Counted from the stretch's first letter, positions 47,051 through 57,608 are shown. The stretch: 64,000 nucleotides of DNA from Leptolyngbyaceae cyanobacterium (GCA_036704005.1 DATNQO010000120.1:3298-67297); one strand, 5' to 3'. The notes: a model not told the origin generated them from the sequence alone. A program made the numbers and translations.

Positions 47051-49050
47051 ACCCTAATAACTACACCTAAGCTCTCATTTGCTAACCTATCTACTGCACA
47101 TACAGCATAGGTTCCTGGTTGGACTGTGGCGAATGTTGTACCTGCTGACAACACTCGCTGTATTGTCCAATTAGAGTCACTTTGACGGTAAAGTGTCCAA
47201 GAACGCACGGGTTGATTATCTCCTGGTTGCCAACTGAGTCTGCGGTTGTTGACTTGCAGTTCTTTTGGTGGCGGTGGTGCTGTGGTACTCTGCCAGGACA
47301 TTGTAGGTACTAGGGCGGGTTTGGTATACAGTGAGTTTTGGAAGCTGTCGGAGATATCTTGGCGATTTTCAATGATGGAACCAACGCTGAAGAAGATATT
47401 GCCTAGTGATAAGTCTGTGGCTTGGTTGCGGCTGATTTTGACTTGCTTTTCTATCTCTTCATTTTTCCAAGCTTTGCCATCAAGTTGTCCAATATTGTTA
47501 CCTGCGTAAATGTGCCGTCGTTGAGAGTTAATTTCTGTCCACCATTTCAACAGCACAGGATAACTCTGCTGAGTTTGGTCAGTACGCCAGTATAATTGAG
47601 GTGCTAGGTAATCTACCCAACCTTGCTCTAACCATTTCTTGGCATCAGCGTATAATACATTATAGGCATCTAAGCCTGTGATTCCCGGTGGTTGTCCGGG
47701 GCGATAAATGCCGAAGGGACTGATCCCAAATTTTACATGAGGTTTTGTGGCTTTGATTCCTTGGGATAGACGCAGTACCATTTGATCGACGTTTTGTCGT
47801 CGCCAGTCGTTTAAGCTAAGTTGTCCACCAGCTGCTTTATAGGCGGCGTAGGTTTTATTATCGGGGAAAGACTGTCCTTGAATGGGATAGGGATAAAAAT
47901 AGTCGTCTAGGTGGACTGCATCTATATCGTAGCGGCGGACAACATCCATGATGACGTTGTAAGCTCTATCTTGGACAATTTTTATCCCAGGATCCATCCA
48001 CAATTGATTACCCCATTGATAAACTACTTCTGGATTAGTTACGGCTATGTGGGGACGAACGTTAGATCCACTTTTGATGCTGGTTTTGGCGCGGTAGGGG
48101 TTGAACCAAGCATGAACTTCTATGTTGCGTTTGTGGGCTTCGGCGATCGCAAATTGCAAGGGATCGTAAAATGGTTCTGGGGCTTTGCCTTGTGTACCTG
48201 TCAACCAAGCACTCCAAGGTTCCAACGCAGACGCATACAAAGCATCCCCTTCTGGACGCACTTGCAAAATTATGGCGTTGAAATTTAATTCTTGCAGGCG
48301 AGTAAGAATTGCTACTAGTTCATTTTGCTGTTGAGTTGTAGACAGTCCCGCCTTGGAAGGCCAGTCACTATTCCACACCGTGGTTATCCAAGCACCCCGG
48401 AACTCTCTGGTATGATTTACCCGCACAGTATTTGGTGAGGATGTGGATGGTACAACTATATAAGCGGAGGGAATCTTTTCTACCTGACCGAGATACAATA
48501 AAGCTTGATAGATAATTACTGCCACATCAGCACGAGTAGCTGCATTCCCGAAGTTGAGTAATCTTGTATTGGGAAAGCTAGCAACTAAACCTGCACTAGT
48601 GGCGATCGCAATTTGATTTCTCCCATAAGCGGGAATACTAGCTGCATCTTGATATATTTGCGGTAATCTGTCTAGTAAATCTGGTTTAATTTTGCTGGAC
48701 ATTTCCAGACCATTGACCAGAGATACTATCACATCACCCCTAGAAATTTGATTACTGGGGCGGAATGTTGTGTCGGGGAAGCCAGTCAAAAAGCCGGTTT
48801 CGTAAGCTTCTTTAATTGCACCAGCCGCCCAAAAATTGGCGGGAATATCAGTAAAGTTGATGTACTGGCGTTTGACGGAAACATTAAATACGGCTGCAAC
48901 GATAGCGGCGAACTCAGCACGGTTAACTGAGTTATTGGGGCGAAAAGTCCCATCAGGATAGCCATTCAAAATCCGCCTTGCAGCCAAAGCTTCAATGAAT
49001 AGACTCGCCCAATGGTTTCTAGTATCAGAGAAGCGTGTAGTAAATACCAT
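47044..49050 (-). CDS. SLH-domain protein with glycoside-hydrolase-like (GHL10/DUF187-type) domain
   Basis: Three SLH-like repeats (GYPDGTFRPN, GFPDTTFRPS, ...) followed by a TIM-barrel-like region (FRGAWITTVWNSDWPS, NAIILQVRPEGDALY, HAWFNPYR, DAVHLDDYFYPY). Confidence 0.65.
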   Translation of the reverse strand: MVFTTRFSDTRNHWASLFIEALAARRILNGYPDGTFRPNNSVNRAEFAAIVAAVFNVSVKRQYINFTDIPANFWAAGAIKEAYETGFLTGFPDTTFRPSNQISRGDVIVSLVNGLEMSSKIKPDLLDRLPQIYQDAASIPAYGRNQIAIATSAGLVASFPNTRLLNFGNAATRADVAVIIYQALLYLGQVEKIPSAYIVVPSTSSPNTVRVNHTREFRGAWITTVWNSDWPSKAGLSTTQQQNELVAILTRLQELNFNAIILQVRPEGDALYASALEPWSAWLTGTQGKAPEPFYDPLQFAIAEAHKRNIEVHAWFNPYRAKTSIKSGSNVRPHIAVTNPEVVYQWGNQLWMDPGIKIVQDRAYNVIMDVVRRYDIDAVHLDDYFYPYPIQGQSFPDNKTYAAYKAAGGQLSLNDWRRQNVDQMVLRLSQGIKATKPHVKFGISPFGIYRPGQPPGITGLDAYNVLYADAKKWLEQGWVDYLAPQLYWRTDQTQQSYPVLLKWWTEINSQRRHIYAGNNIGQLDGKAWKNEEIEKQVKISRNQATDLSLGNIFFSVGSIIENRQDISDSFQNSLYTKPALVPTMSWQSTTAPPPPKELQVNNRRLSWQPGDNQPVRSWTLYRQSDSNWTIQRVLSAGTTFATVQPGTYAVCAVDRLANESLGVVIRVS

Positions 49051-49180
49051 AGGGGTTAGAGGCTAGGGAGGACTTGTGTGATTTATTACACGAGTATCTA
49101 GCTTGATTGTAGATGTCTCCTGTTACTCTAGCAAGATGAGAGCGATCGCTTCTCAAATAGCAATTAAATTTTCACATTTC

Positions 49181-50428
49181 CTACAATTGTTTACGCTTGC
49201 CTATCAAACTACCGCCCATACCAGCGAATGCTAACAAACCCAAGCCAAAAGATGGTTCAGGAACAGCAGCTGTAGCTATCGGGGTTAAAAGAAACGCACG
49301 TGTTCTGAAACTTGAAGCAGAATCATCAAGTACCAAAGCTTCGGCAATAATTTGTCCACGATTGTTGATTCCCCAAGCAAAATTTAATGTAACACCTAAG
49401 TTTGGGTCAATGAGGCTGTTGAGGTCAAACATTTGACCATTATCGTAGAGAAAAGCTCGCTCTCGGTTATTTGCCGGAGTGATATAACCAACTACCTGAC
49501 CTGAGTCATTAATGTCTGTGGCGATACTTTCTCTTCCGCCAAGTGTACCCAAGTCATCTGTGAGGGGATTAATAGCACTATTGGGGGCTGTGCGAAAGGC
49601 GCGTGTCTGTCCATCAGCAGTTGTTGAAGAACCAACTACCTGACCCAAGTTATTAATTGCTGTAGCGCGACTCTCAAAACCTCCCAGTGTACCAAGGTCG
49701 TCTGTAGCTGGATTTATGGCGCTATTTGGGGCTGTACGAAATGCGCGATATTGACCGGAGGCGTTATCCGAATAACCTACTACTTGACCTAACTGATTAA
49801 TGTCTTGAACAAAGGTACTAGTACGATCATTGAATACACTGTCAACATCGAGGCTACCCTGAAGATTACCGAGATAATCAGTTGCCTCATTGACTGAACT
49901 GTTGGGATTGGTGCGAAAAGAACGAACGCCAATTCGCGGTAATAATTGAACAACAGCTACTTGACCAGAATTATTGATTGCTTGACCAATACTCAAGCCA
50001 TTGCCATAGATTATATCTGTATCTTGATTAAATTGGCTGTTGGCAGCAGTACGAAACGCAACAAAATTTGATGTTTGAGGTGAAGTAGAAAAATAACCAC
50101 TTACCTGCCCTAAATCATTAATATCTTCAGCGAAAACATCGGTTTCAGGACTGACATCGATAAAATCTGTAGCTAAGTTGATAGGACTATTAGGAGCGGT
50201 GCGAAATGCCCGATTTTCCCATCCAGATTGTCGAGAACCTGAGCGCACATTACCAACTACCTGTCCTAAATTATTTATGCCAGTGACATTAACATTTGTC
50301 ATACCTGAAGTATCCAGTTCAGTGGCAGAATACATCGTCGCTGCATTGCTGGGCTGGCTGGTGGCAAAAGCTAAACCACCGGATAAAATTAAAGCTAGGC
50401 TTGTTTGATGAATGCCACCTAATTTCAT
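49181..50428 (-). CDS. HAF-repeat extracellular protein with PEP-CTERM anchor
   Basis: Repeats of the form (H/R)AFRTAPNS.IN..TD.LG.LGG and INNLGQVVG. The C-terminus VPEPSFGLGLLAFAGMGGSLIGKRKQL is a PEP-CTERM signal. Confidence 0.75.
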   Translation of the reverse strand: MKLGGIHQTSLALILSGGLAFATSQPSNAATMYSATELDTSGMTNVNVTGINNLGQVVGNVRSGSRQSGWENRAFRTAPNSPINLATDFIDVSPETDVFAEDINDLGQVSGYFSTSPQTSNFVAFRTAANSQFNQDTDIIYGNGLSIGQAINNSGQVAVVQLLPRIGVRSFRTNPNSSVNEATDYLGNLQGSLDVDSVFNDRTSTFVQDINQLGQVVGYSDNASGQYRAFRTAPNSAINPATDDLGTLGGFESRATAINNLGQVVGSSTTADGQTRAFRTAPNSAINPLTDDLGTLGGRESIATDINDSGQVVGYITPANNRERAFLYDNGQMFDLNSLIDPNLGVTLNFAWGINNRGQIIAEALVLDDSASSFRTRAFLLTPIATAAVPEPSFGLGLLAFAGMGGSLIGKRKQL

Positions 50429-50515
50429 AATTTCTCTTGGTTTGGAAGTTAACGTTAGTTAAATATTTGAGATGAAAAATTACTCACTACTCCCATAGCG
50501 ACTAAATCTGCACAG

Positions 50516-51742
50516 TTACGCTGACGACTTTTTCCCCTTGGCTATCAAACTACCGCCCATACCAGCAAAAGCTAATAAACCCAAGCCAAGAGATGGTTCA
50601 GGAACAGTAGAAACTATGGGGGTTAAAAGAAACGCACGTATTGAAGTCGGCGAATCGGAAGTAAACCAACCAGATTGAGCAATAATTTGACCGCGATTAT
50701 TGATTCCCACCGCATAGTCTAGCGTAACATCTAAATCTGTATCGATGAGGCTGTTGAGGTCAAATAGTTCTCCGTCGTCGTAGAGGAAGGCTCTATTTTC
50801 ACCAGTTGCAGTAGTCGAATAACCAACTACTTGACCTGAGTCGTTAATGTCTGTGGCTGAACTTAGTGAACCACCAAGTGTACCTAAGTCATCTGTGTTG
50901 GGATTAATTGCACTATTGGGGGCTGTACGAAAGGCGCGTGTCTGTCCATCAGCAGTTCTTGAAGAACCAACTACCTGACCCAAGTTATTAATTGCTGTGG
51001 CATCACTGTTATCACCTCCTAGTGTACCAAGGTCGTCTGTAGCTGGATTAATTGGGCTATTTGGTGCTGTACGAAAAGCGTGAGTTTGACCGGAGGCGTT
51101 GTCCGAACTACCGACTACTTGACCTAAGTCATTAATGTCTGTAGCCCTTGTAAAAGAAGTACCATTGGGCTGAACACCTCCAAGATTACCAATATTATCT
51201 GTTTGTTGATTGATGAGACTGTTGGGAGCGGTGCGAAAAGAACGTGTCCCTCCTCGCCCTAAAAACTGATAAACAGCCACTTGTCCAGAGTTATTAATGG
51301 CATTGGCAAAATTGAAAGTACCTTCACCGATAATATCTGTATCTAAATTAATTCGACTGTTGGGAGCGGTGCGAAACCCTGCATAAGTTAATGTGGAAGT
51401 CCCAGGAAGATAACCAGTTACTTGACCTAAGTCATTGATATCTGTGGGAACTGCTGTGTCGCCTGTAATCGGATCGATATAATCTGTATTTGGGTTGACG
51501 GGACTATTAGGATTTGTGCGAAATCCTTGTACTACAAAATTATTGTCACTTTCAGTATAAGTCAGACCAACTACTTGACCTAAGTTATTAATCCCTTCTG
51601 CCCTAATGCCTGATACACCTAAACTACCAAGGTCTTGGACAGAATACATTGTCGCTGCGTTGCTGGGCTGGCTGGTGGCTACGGCTAACCCACCTGATAA
51701 AATCAGAGCTAGGCTTGTTTGACGAATGCCATGTGGTTTCAT
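50516..51742 (-). CDS. HAF-repeat extracellular protein with PEP-CTERM anchor (tandem paralogue)
   Basis: Same repeat architecture, including QTHAFRTAPNS. C-terminus VPEPSLGLGLLAFAGMGGSLIAKGKK. Confidence 0.75.
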   Translation of the reverse strand: MKPHGIRQTSLALILSGGLAVATSQPSNAATMYSVQDLGSLGVSGIRAEGINNLGQVVGLTYTESDNNFVVQGFRTNPNSPVNPNTDYIDPITGDTAVPTDINDLGQVTGYLPGTSTLTYAGFRTAPNSRINLDTDIIGEGTFNFANAINNSGQVAVYQFLGRGGTRSFRTAPNSLINQQTDNIGNLGGVQPNGTSFTRATDINDLGQVVGSSDNASGQTHAFRTAPNSPINPATDDLGTLGGDNSDATAINNLGQVVGSSRTADGQTRAFRTAPNSAINPNTDDLGTLGGSLSSATDINDSGQVVGYSTTATGENRAFLYDDGELFDLNSLIDTDLDVTLDYAVGINNRGQIIAQSGWFTSDSPTSIRAFLLTPIVSTVPEPSLGLGLLAFAGMGGSLIAKGKKSSA

Positions 51743-51908
51743 GCTTTCTCTTGGTTTGGATGGTCAATTTTTAGCAGTAGCCTGTAGTAAATTTATCCTG
51801 GTTCTCAGTGGAATATAGTATGTGGGTATTTATAAGTCTGTAAATCTAACTTTAGTTATATATTGGAAATCAAAATTTATGAAAATCTCTATCTAGAGAC
51901 TGTGTTAG

Positions 51909-52015
51909 TTATAGCAGTCGCCTTATAGATTAGGACATCATTCAATCTTCAAACCTTTAATTTCAAAGGCTTTTAACCCTGTCCCCTGTCCCCTGTCCCC
52001 TGTCCCCTGCTATAA
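51909..52015 (+). mobile_element. MITE-like element, copy c (perfect TIRs, 4 CCTGTCC units)
   Basis: TTATAGCAG at 51909-51917 and CTGCTATAA at 52007-52015. Confidence 0.65.
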
Positions 52016-52049
52016 AATAGCAAAAAGAAATAATGTAGGGACTCAATAA

Positions 52050-52508
52050 GTGCTGAAAAGGTTTTTATTCTACATATTCTTTGCGCTGAGTTTATTTGGT
52101 GTCATGGGAGTATCTTATGTCTCAGATAAATTAGAGCGATCGCCTGTTGTCACTTGCAATGCTCCCTATGGTTTTTTTCCCACAAAAAATGCTAAATTCT
52201 ATACATATCCTGAAAAAATAGTCTTGCAACCCTGGCGCGGTCAGCATCATATATATGCTGTATTTAAGATTCCCCAGGGTTATCAATATGAGTATTTATT
52301 TAGACTCAAAATACCAGGTGAACCTATCCATTGTGGGGGGCTGATTCCTGTTGAGGAAAATGTCATTGCTGGCATTCCTCGTAAGCAAGGATATTATTTA
52401 GTTCGGGGGTATTTAAATACTCGTATTGCCCTAAATCTGATTTTTCAAGGCAAAATAAATCAGTTGCAGCAATCACAAAATTGGCAACTTGGGTATGTTA
52501 AAAAGTAG
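52050..52508 (+). CDS. hypothetical protein with N-terminal hydrophobic segment
   Basis: 152-aa ORF (GTG start in the track) bracketed by inverted MITE-like copies c and d. Confidence 0.35.
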   Translation: MLKRFLFYIFFALSLFGVMGVSYVSDKLERSPVVTCNAPYGFFPTKNAKFYTYPEKIVLQPWRGQHHIYAVFKIPQGYQYEYLFRLKIPGEPIHCGGLIPVEENVIAGIPRKQGYYLVRGYLNTRIALNLIFQGKINQLQQSQNWQLGYVKK

Positions 52509-52611
52509 AGCAGGTGACAGGTGACAGGTGACAGGTGACAGAGTTAAAAGTCTTTTGCTGTTTTAGTTTTTTCATTTCCTCATGTCCTAACTGTCTTGGC
52601 TATTGCTATAA
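52505..52611 (-). mobile_element. MITE-like element, copy d (reverse orientation, 4 CCTGTCA units)
   Basis: Its reverse complement reads TTATAGCAATAGCC...AGTTAGGACATGAGG...CTGTCACCTGTCACCTGTCACCTGTCACCTGCTCTAC. Confidence 0.6.
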
Positions 52612-52787
52612 ATGAGAAAATTAACCGCGATTATTTTTCATCAAAAAATTAGCTTCTTAACGTAAATAAAAGGGTTTAAGACCCCTACGTCTATACGTAG
52701 TATCAGTTTCAGTCGGGGTTTAAATCCCCGACTGAAAATGTCTTTAATGCGCGAATTTTGAATTTTGAATTTTGAATTGTTAATTAA

Positions 52788-53996
52788 TTAAATTAGCATT
52801 CCCGCAATAGAAGCGGTGATAAAACCTGCTAGTAATCCGCCAATCATCGTTCTCACACCCAGACGGGCGAAGTCATGTTGGCGATGGGGAGCCATACCAG
52901 TCATACCGCCAATAGTAATTCCAATTGAACCAATATTTGCAAAGTTACACAAGGCATAAGTGGCAATAATTACGCCTCTTTGCGAAATTTTGCCAGTTTT
53001 AATTAAGTTACCTAAATCTACATAAGCCAAAAACTCATTGAGGATAGTTTTTTTACCTAGTAGCGCCCCTACTTGAGCGCAATCAGCCCAAGGTACACCC
53101 ATCAAAAAGGCAATAGGAGCCATAATAAAAGACAAAATCCACTCTAAAGATAGTTGTGGTAAACCAATATAAGAACCTATCCATCCTAGTAGGGCATTGA
53201 CTACGGCGAGTAATCCTAAAAAAGCGATAATCATTACGCCCACATTGACTGCTAGCTTTACACCGTCAATTGCTCCACTCGTAGCAGCATCAATCACGTT
53301 GACATAATTTGTCTCTACATCCATTTTCGCAATTCCGGCGGTTTGGGATATTTCCGTTTCTGGATATAGTAATTTTGATACTACTAATGATGTGGGGGCG
53401 GTCATGAAAAAGGCGGCGATTAAATGTTCTGGTGGTATTCCAAATGAAAGGTAAGCGCCCAATACACCCCCAGCTATGGTTGCAAATCCTCCAGTCATCA
53501 CAGCATGGAGTTCTGATAGGGTCATGTTTGCTACGTAGGGTTTGACCATGAGGGCTGATTCTGTAGGCCCTAGAAAAATATTACCCGCGCAGGATAGAGA
53601 CTCGGAACCGGAGGTTTTCATGGTCTTCATCATCACCCAGGCCAGGCTATTGACTACTCTTTGCAAGATGCCGTAATGGTAGGTGACGCTAATAAAGGCG
53701 GAAAAGAAGATAATTGTCGGGAGTACCTGAAAGGCAAATAGATGATCCTTAAAGTTATCGCCAAAGACAAATTTTGCGCCTACGTCTGAGAATGAGAGAA
53801 AGTTGCTGACTATATCACCCAAGGATTTAAAGACGTTCAATCCCCAAGGTGTTTTGAGAATTATTAAGGCAAAGACAAATTCTAAACATAAGCCCCAGGC
53901 TACTGTTCGCCAACGTACTGCCTCACGCTGAATAGACATGGCATAGGATATACCAATGAATACTAAAATTCCTAAAGCAGAAATGGCGCGTTCCAT
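52788..53996 (-). CDS. NupC/NupG-family (CNT) nucleoside transporter
   Basis: 402-aa polytopic ORF with [16 protein letters not shown] and [13 protein letters not shown] motifs. Confidence 0.8.
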   Translation of the reverse strand: MERAISALGILVFIGISYAMSIQREAVRWRTVAWGLCLEFVFALIILKTPWGLNVFKSLGDIVSNFLSFSDVGAKFVFGDNFKDHLFAFQVLPTIIFFSAFISVTYHYGILQRVVNSLAWVMMKTMKTSGSESLSCAGNIFLGPTESALMVKPYVANMTLSELHAVMTGGFATIAGGVLGAYLSFGIPPEHLIAAFFMTAPTSLVVSKLLYPETEISQTAGIAKMDVETNYVNVIDAATSGAIDGVKLAVNVGVMIIAFLGLLAVVNALLGWIGSYIGLPQLSLEWILSFIMAPIAFLMGVPWADCAQVGALLGKKTILNEFLAYVDLGNLIKTGKISQRGVIIATYALCNFANIGSIGITIGGMTGMAPHRQHDFARLGVRTMIGGLLAGFITASIAGMLI

Positions 53997-54116
53997 GTGG
54001 CTTTCCTTTTTTGTGGTTTGGTGAAAAAGTATACATATGGTTTTGGCTTTTTGCGAGGTTTAGAGAGGGTTTTTAACGCAGAGGGGTGGGAGCTATGCGC
54101 GGAGGAAGGCAGAGAG

Positions 54117-54872
54117 ATGATGAGGTTTTTGTTGGGTTTGTGGGCTAGCGTTTTGTTTTATACGAGTATTCCTTTGCCTTTTGTGCATGGGTTGGATTTT
54201 CAAGGTGTGGCGCGTTTTGTGCCTGTGGTGGGGTTGTTGATTGGGGGGATTTTGGGGTTGGTTGATGGGGGTTTGGGTGATTTGGGGATGCCTGTATTCA
54301 CTCGGAGTGCGTTGGTGGTGGGGTTGTGGATGGCGATTACGGGTGGGTTACATTTGGATGGGGCGATGGATACGGCTGATGGTTTGGCAGTGGGCGATCG
54401 CGAACGGCGGTTGCAGGTGATGGCGGATAGTGCTACGGGTGCTTTTGGGGCGATGAGTGCGATCGCCATTCTTTTACTCAAGACTGCGGCTTTAACTGAT
54501 ATGGGGTCAAGTCGTTGGCTGGTTTTGATGGGGGCTTGTGGCTGGGGACGCTGGGGACAACAAGTGGCGATCGCACTCTATCCTTACCTCAAACCCACTG
54601 GTAAGGGGGCTTTTCATAAGCAAGCGATTCGTAATTACAAAGATTTATTACCGGGTTTATTGTTGATGTTTGCCCTTAGTGGCTTATTCTGGTTAGGCAA
54701 TGGTCACAGTTTATTAGTCCCGGTGGTGATGGTGATTGCTGGCGGTGCGATCGCTATCTTCACAGGTGCATGGTTCAACCACAAATTAGGCGGACACACC
54801 GGCGATACCTACGGTGCGGTTGTGGAGTGGACTGAAGCCTTGTTTCTTTGTCTACTGACTATATGGGTATAA
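54117..54872 (+). CDS. cobS: adenosylcobinamide-GDP ribazoletransferase (cobalamin synthase)
   Basis: [12 protein letters not shown] and [10 protein letters not shown] motifs. ATG 54117, preceded by GGAGGAAGG, is preferred over the track start at 53997. Confidence 0.85.
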   Translation: MMRFLLGLWASVLFYTSIPLPFVHGLDFQGVARFVPVVGLLIGGILGLVDGGLGDLGMPVFTRSALVVGLWMAITGGLHLDGAMDTADGLAVGDRERRLQVMADSATGAFGAMSAIAILLLKTAALTDMGSSRWLVLMGACGWGRWGQQVAIALYPYLKPTGKGAFHKQAIRNYKDLLPGLLLMFALSGLFWLGNGHSLLVPVVMVIAGGAIAIFTGAWFNHKLGGHTGDTYGAVVEWTEALFLCLLTIWV

Positions 54873-54897
54873 GAAACGACTATTCTTTGTTTTCTCC

Positions 54898-54955
54898 CAT
54901 TACCCATTAGCAACCCCCAAGATATCATAAGTGTTTAAGCAAACATGATATTACC
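54898..54955. repeat. dispersed repeat (second copy of 12085-12149)
   Basis: CATTACCCATTAGCAACCCCCAAGATATCATAAGTGTTTAAGCAAACATGATATTACC aligns with the 12085 copy. Confidence 0.7.
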
Positions 54956-55696
54956 TGATGCACGTCAATTATCCGATAAAATCTAAATGGCATTATTGAC
55001 AGCTAACCTTTTATACCAAATTAATATGAAGCTGCATAGAATAATATGTCGAGAATAATTGAACGCAGATGCACGCAGATAAACGCGGATAAATCAATGG
55101 GTTTTATATTATGTGCAACCTCATATAAAATTGGTATTACCAGTAGTTATAAATAAAATCATTTAATCTTTTCAGTTTATTTTGTCAACAAGAGGAAAAG
55201 GGGCTGCTCTTGCAGGGAGCAAGGGGGAAAACCAAGACAGAAGCTCAACTCCGCCCCGGTCAAGCGCACGCTTATGGGCGGGGCTTGTACCCATGTTCCG
55301 CTTCTCTACGAGACGCTGCGCGAATGCACTCGCGCTATCGGGGAAGGGCTTGCTCCCCCTGCTAGAAAGCTCCCTTCCCCCCTGCCTCTTCCGGTCACTC
55401 CACCCATACACCCATCATTCATACATTCTGGGTCAGGAATTAGCAAAGTTGGAACCAGAAATGGCAATGTATGCCTCCTTGGCTGTATCTCTTGAGGATA
55501 TCAAAAACTTCTCGTTATTAACACTGTTTTCATGGTGTGCGTCGAGTTAAGAAAAAAAACTCACTCAAAAAATTCAGAAATTTAGCAGAGGAATCGTCTC
55601 TTCAACAGAAAGCAGGAAAAAGAAAAACTTTATCTTGTCTCCGGTTCAAGTTTAAATATACCTGGGGCTTATGCCCTAATTCCACAAGGAGGAAAA

Positions 55697-55849
55697 ATGT
55701 CAGAACAGAAACTAGAGGAAGCAATGATCCAACTTACTGAGCCTCAGAGTCAGGAAGAAATAGAAGCACAGATTCGTCAGGAAGAAATAAACGAACAGAA
55801 ACTAGAGGAAGCAATTTTACAACCTATTGAGCCTAACGACATTCATTAG
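55697..55849 (+). CDS. small acidic ORF (50 aa) with internal duplication; not in the supplied track
   Basis: AAGGAGGAAAA lies immediately upstream of ATG 55697. Encodes MSEQKLEEAMIQLTEPQSQEEIEAQIRQEEINEQKLEEAILQPIEPNDIH, stop at 55847-55849. Confidence 0.4.
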   Translation: MSEQKLEEAMIQLTEPQSQEEIEAQIRQEEINEQKLEEAILQPIEPNDIH

Positions 55850-56141
55850 TCAGGAAGAGATAAACTAGAGGGGAGATACGATCGCTATCTCTAGCATCTA
55901 GAGTGGCTTGATTGTGGCTGTTTCTGAATTGGGCGATCGCTCATCTTTCATCACAGCCATTTTTACGACATCGCCATAAGCAAAGCATAAATTATCTACT
56001 TATTTAACAGTTTTAGTTTGAGAAAATAGAAATGTTAAGCAAAAACAAAAAAAATATAAAGAAATCTACCTAAATGCTGTGTAGCAGGAAACATAAAGAT
56101 ATAGATTTAAACCAAATTTTTCATAGCTTTAGGAGGGCCTG

Positions 56142-57608
56142 ATGGTTACAGCGAAGGAACCAAAGCAACAGGTGAAAATCGGCCCAACCAGGCTGCTAAT
56201 TAACAATGAATGGGTAGAAAGTGTTAGCGGTCGGAGATTTGAGACGATTAACCCAGCTACAGGCGAGGTCATCTGTGATGTGGCCGAAGCAGATGCGGCA
56301 GATGTGGATAAAGCTGTACAAGCAGCCCGCGCCGCTTTTCATGGAGAATGGTCAAAGATATCTGCTACCAAACGCGGTGATTTGCTTTATAAGTTAGCAG
56401 ATTTAATTGAACAGAATATTGATGAGTTGGCGCGGTTAGAAACTCTAGACAACGGCAAACCTTTACAAGATTCTCTAGGTGATTTAGGCTTAGTTATTGC
56501 CTGCTACCGTTACTATGCAGGTTGGGCGGATAAGGTACAAGGAAAAACTATCCCGATTAATGGGCCTTATTTCTGTTACACTCGCCATGAACCGGTGGGT
56601 GTGGTGGGACAAATTATCCCCTGGAATTTCCCCTTGTTAATGCAGGCTTGGAAGCTAGCGCCGGCTTTAGCAACGGGTAATGTTGTGGTGATGAAAACAG
56701 CCGAACAAACTCCATTGTCAGCGCTACGGGTGGGAGAGTTGATTGTGGAAACTGGGTTTCCTGCTGGTGTGGTGAATCTATTATCAGGATACGGCCCAAC
56801 GGCTGGGGCGGCGATCGCACATCACATGGATATTGATAAGGTGGCGTTCACTGGTTCGACTGAGGTGGGACATCTAATTATGGAAGCCGCCGCTAAAACC
56901 AACCTCAAGCGGGTAACTCTGGAATTGGGTGGTAAGAGTCCGAATATAGTATTTGCTGATGCTGACTTTGATCAAGCGATCGCTGGCGCTCATGATGCTT
57001 TATTCTTTAACCAAGGTCAATGTTGCTGTGCAGGTTCACGGCTATTTGTGGAAGAGAAATGTTATGACGATTTCGTCGCGAGAACTGTAGAACAAGCTAA
57101 AAAGCGTGTAGTTGGTGATCCCTTCGATGCAAATACCCAACAAGGGCCGCAGGTAGATCAAGAACAATTCGACCGCGTGATGGGTTACATTGAGTCGGGG
57201 ATGCGAGATGGCGCACAGATGTTGTGCGGCGGAAATCGCGTCGGGGAACGCGGCTTTTTTATCGCCCCGACAGTTTTTGCCGATGTGCGTGATGATATGA
57301 AAATTGCCCAAGAGGAAATTTTCGGCCCGGTGATGAGTATCATCAAGTTCAAAGACATCGAGGAAGTCATACAAAGGGCAAACACCACCATGTATGGACT
57401 CGCCGCCGCCGTCTGGACAAAGGATATCACCAAAGCTCATGCGATCGCCAATAATGTCCGCGCGGGTACAGTTTGGGTCAACTGTTACGACGTATTCGAT
57501 GCGGCTGCACCCTTTGGTGGCTTTAAGCAGTCTGGTATTGGTCGAGAACTCGGTGAATATGGGTTGCAACAGTACACAGAAGTTAAGACTGTGACGATTA
57601 AGTTGTAA
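56142..57608 (+). CDS. NAD(P)-dependent aldehyde dehydrogenase
   Basis: 488 aa. [20 protein letters not shown] (catalytic Cys) and EEIFGPV. Confidence 0.9.
   Translation: MVTAKEPKQQVKIGPTRLLINNEWVESVSGRRFETINPATGEVICDVAEADAADVDKAVQAARAAFHGEWSKISATKRGDLLYKLADLIEQNIDELARLETLDNGKPLQDSLGDLGLVIACYRYYAGWADKVQGKTIPINGPYFCYTRHEPVGVVGQIIPWNFPLLMQAWKLAPALATGNVVVMKTAEQTPLSALRVGELIVETGFPAGVVNLLSGYGPTAGAAIAHHMDIDKVAFTGSTEVGHLIMEAAAKTNLKRVTLELGGKSPNIVFADADFDQAIAGAHDALFFNQGQCCCAGSRLFVEEKCYDDFVARTVEQAKKRVVGDPFDANTQQGPQVDQEQFDRVMGYIESGMRDGAQMLCGGNRVGERGFFIAPTVFADVRDDMKIAQEEIFGPVMSIIKFKDIEEVIQRANTTMYGLAAAVWTKDITKAHAIANNVRAGTVWVNCYDVFDAAAPFGGFKQSGIGRELGEYGLQQYTEVKTVTIKL

Noticed and set aside
52706-52738. CRISPR-repeat-like sequence GTTTCAGTCGGGGTTTAAATCCCCGACTGAAAA with a 9-bp stem
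   Set aside because: Only a single copy is present, with no spacer-repeat periodicity and no cas genes. It is most likely a dispersed hairpin repeat and lacks a U-tail on either strand.
55172-55550. 122-, 79- and 73-aa overlapping ORFs
   Set aside because: The sequences are Arg/Ser/Pro/Leu-rich and not protein-like. They occur on both strands of a GC-rich repeat patch. The patch is kept only as a non-coding curiosity in the findings.
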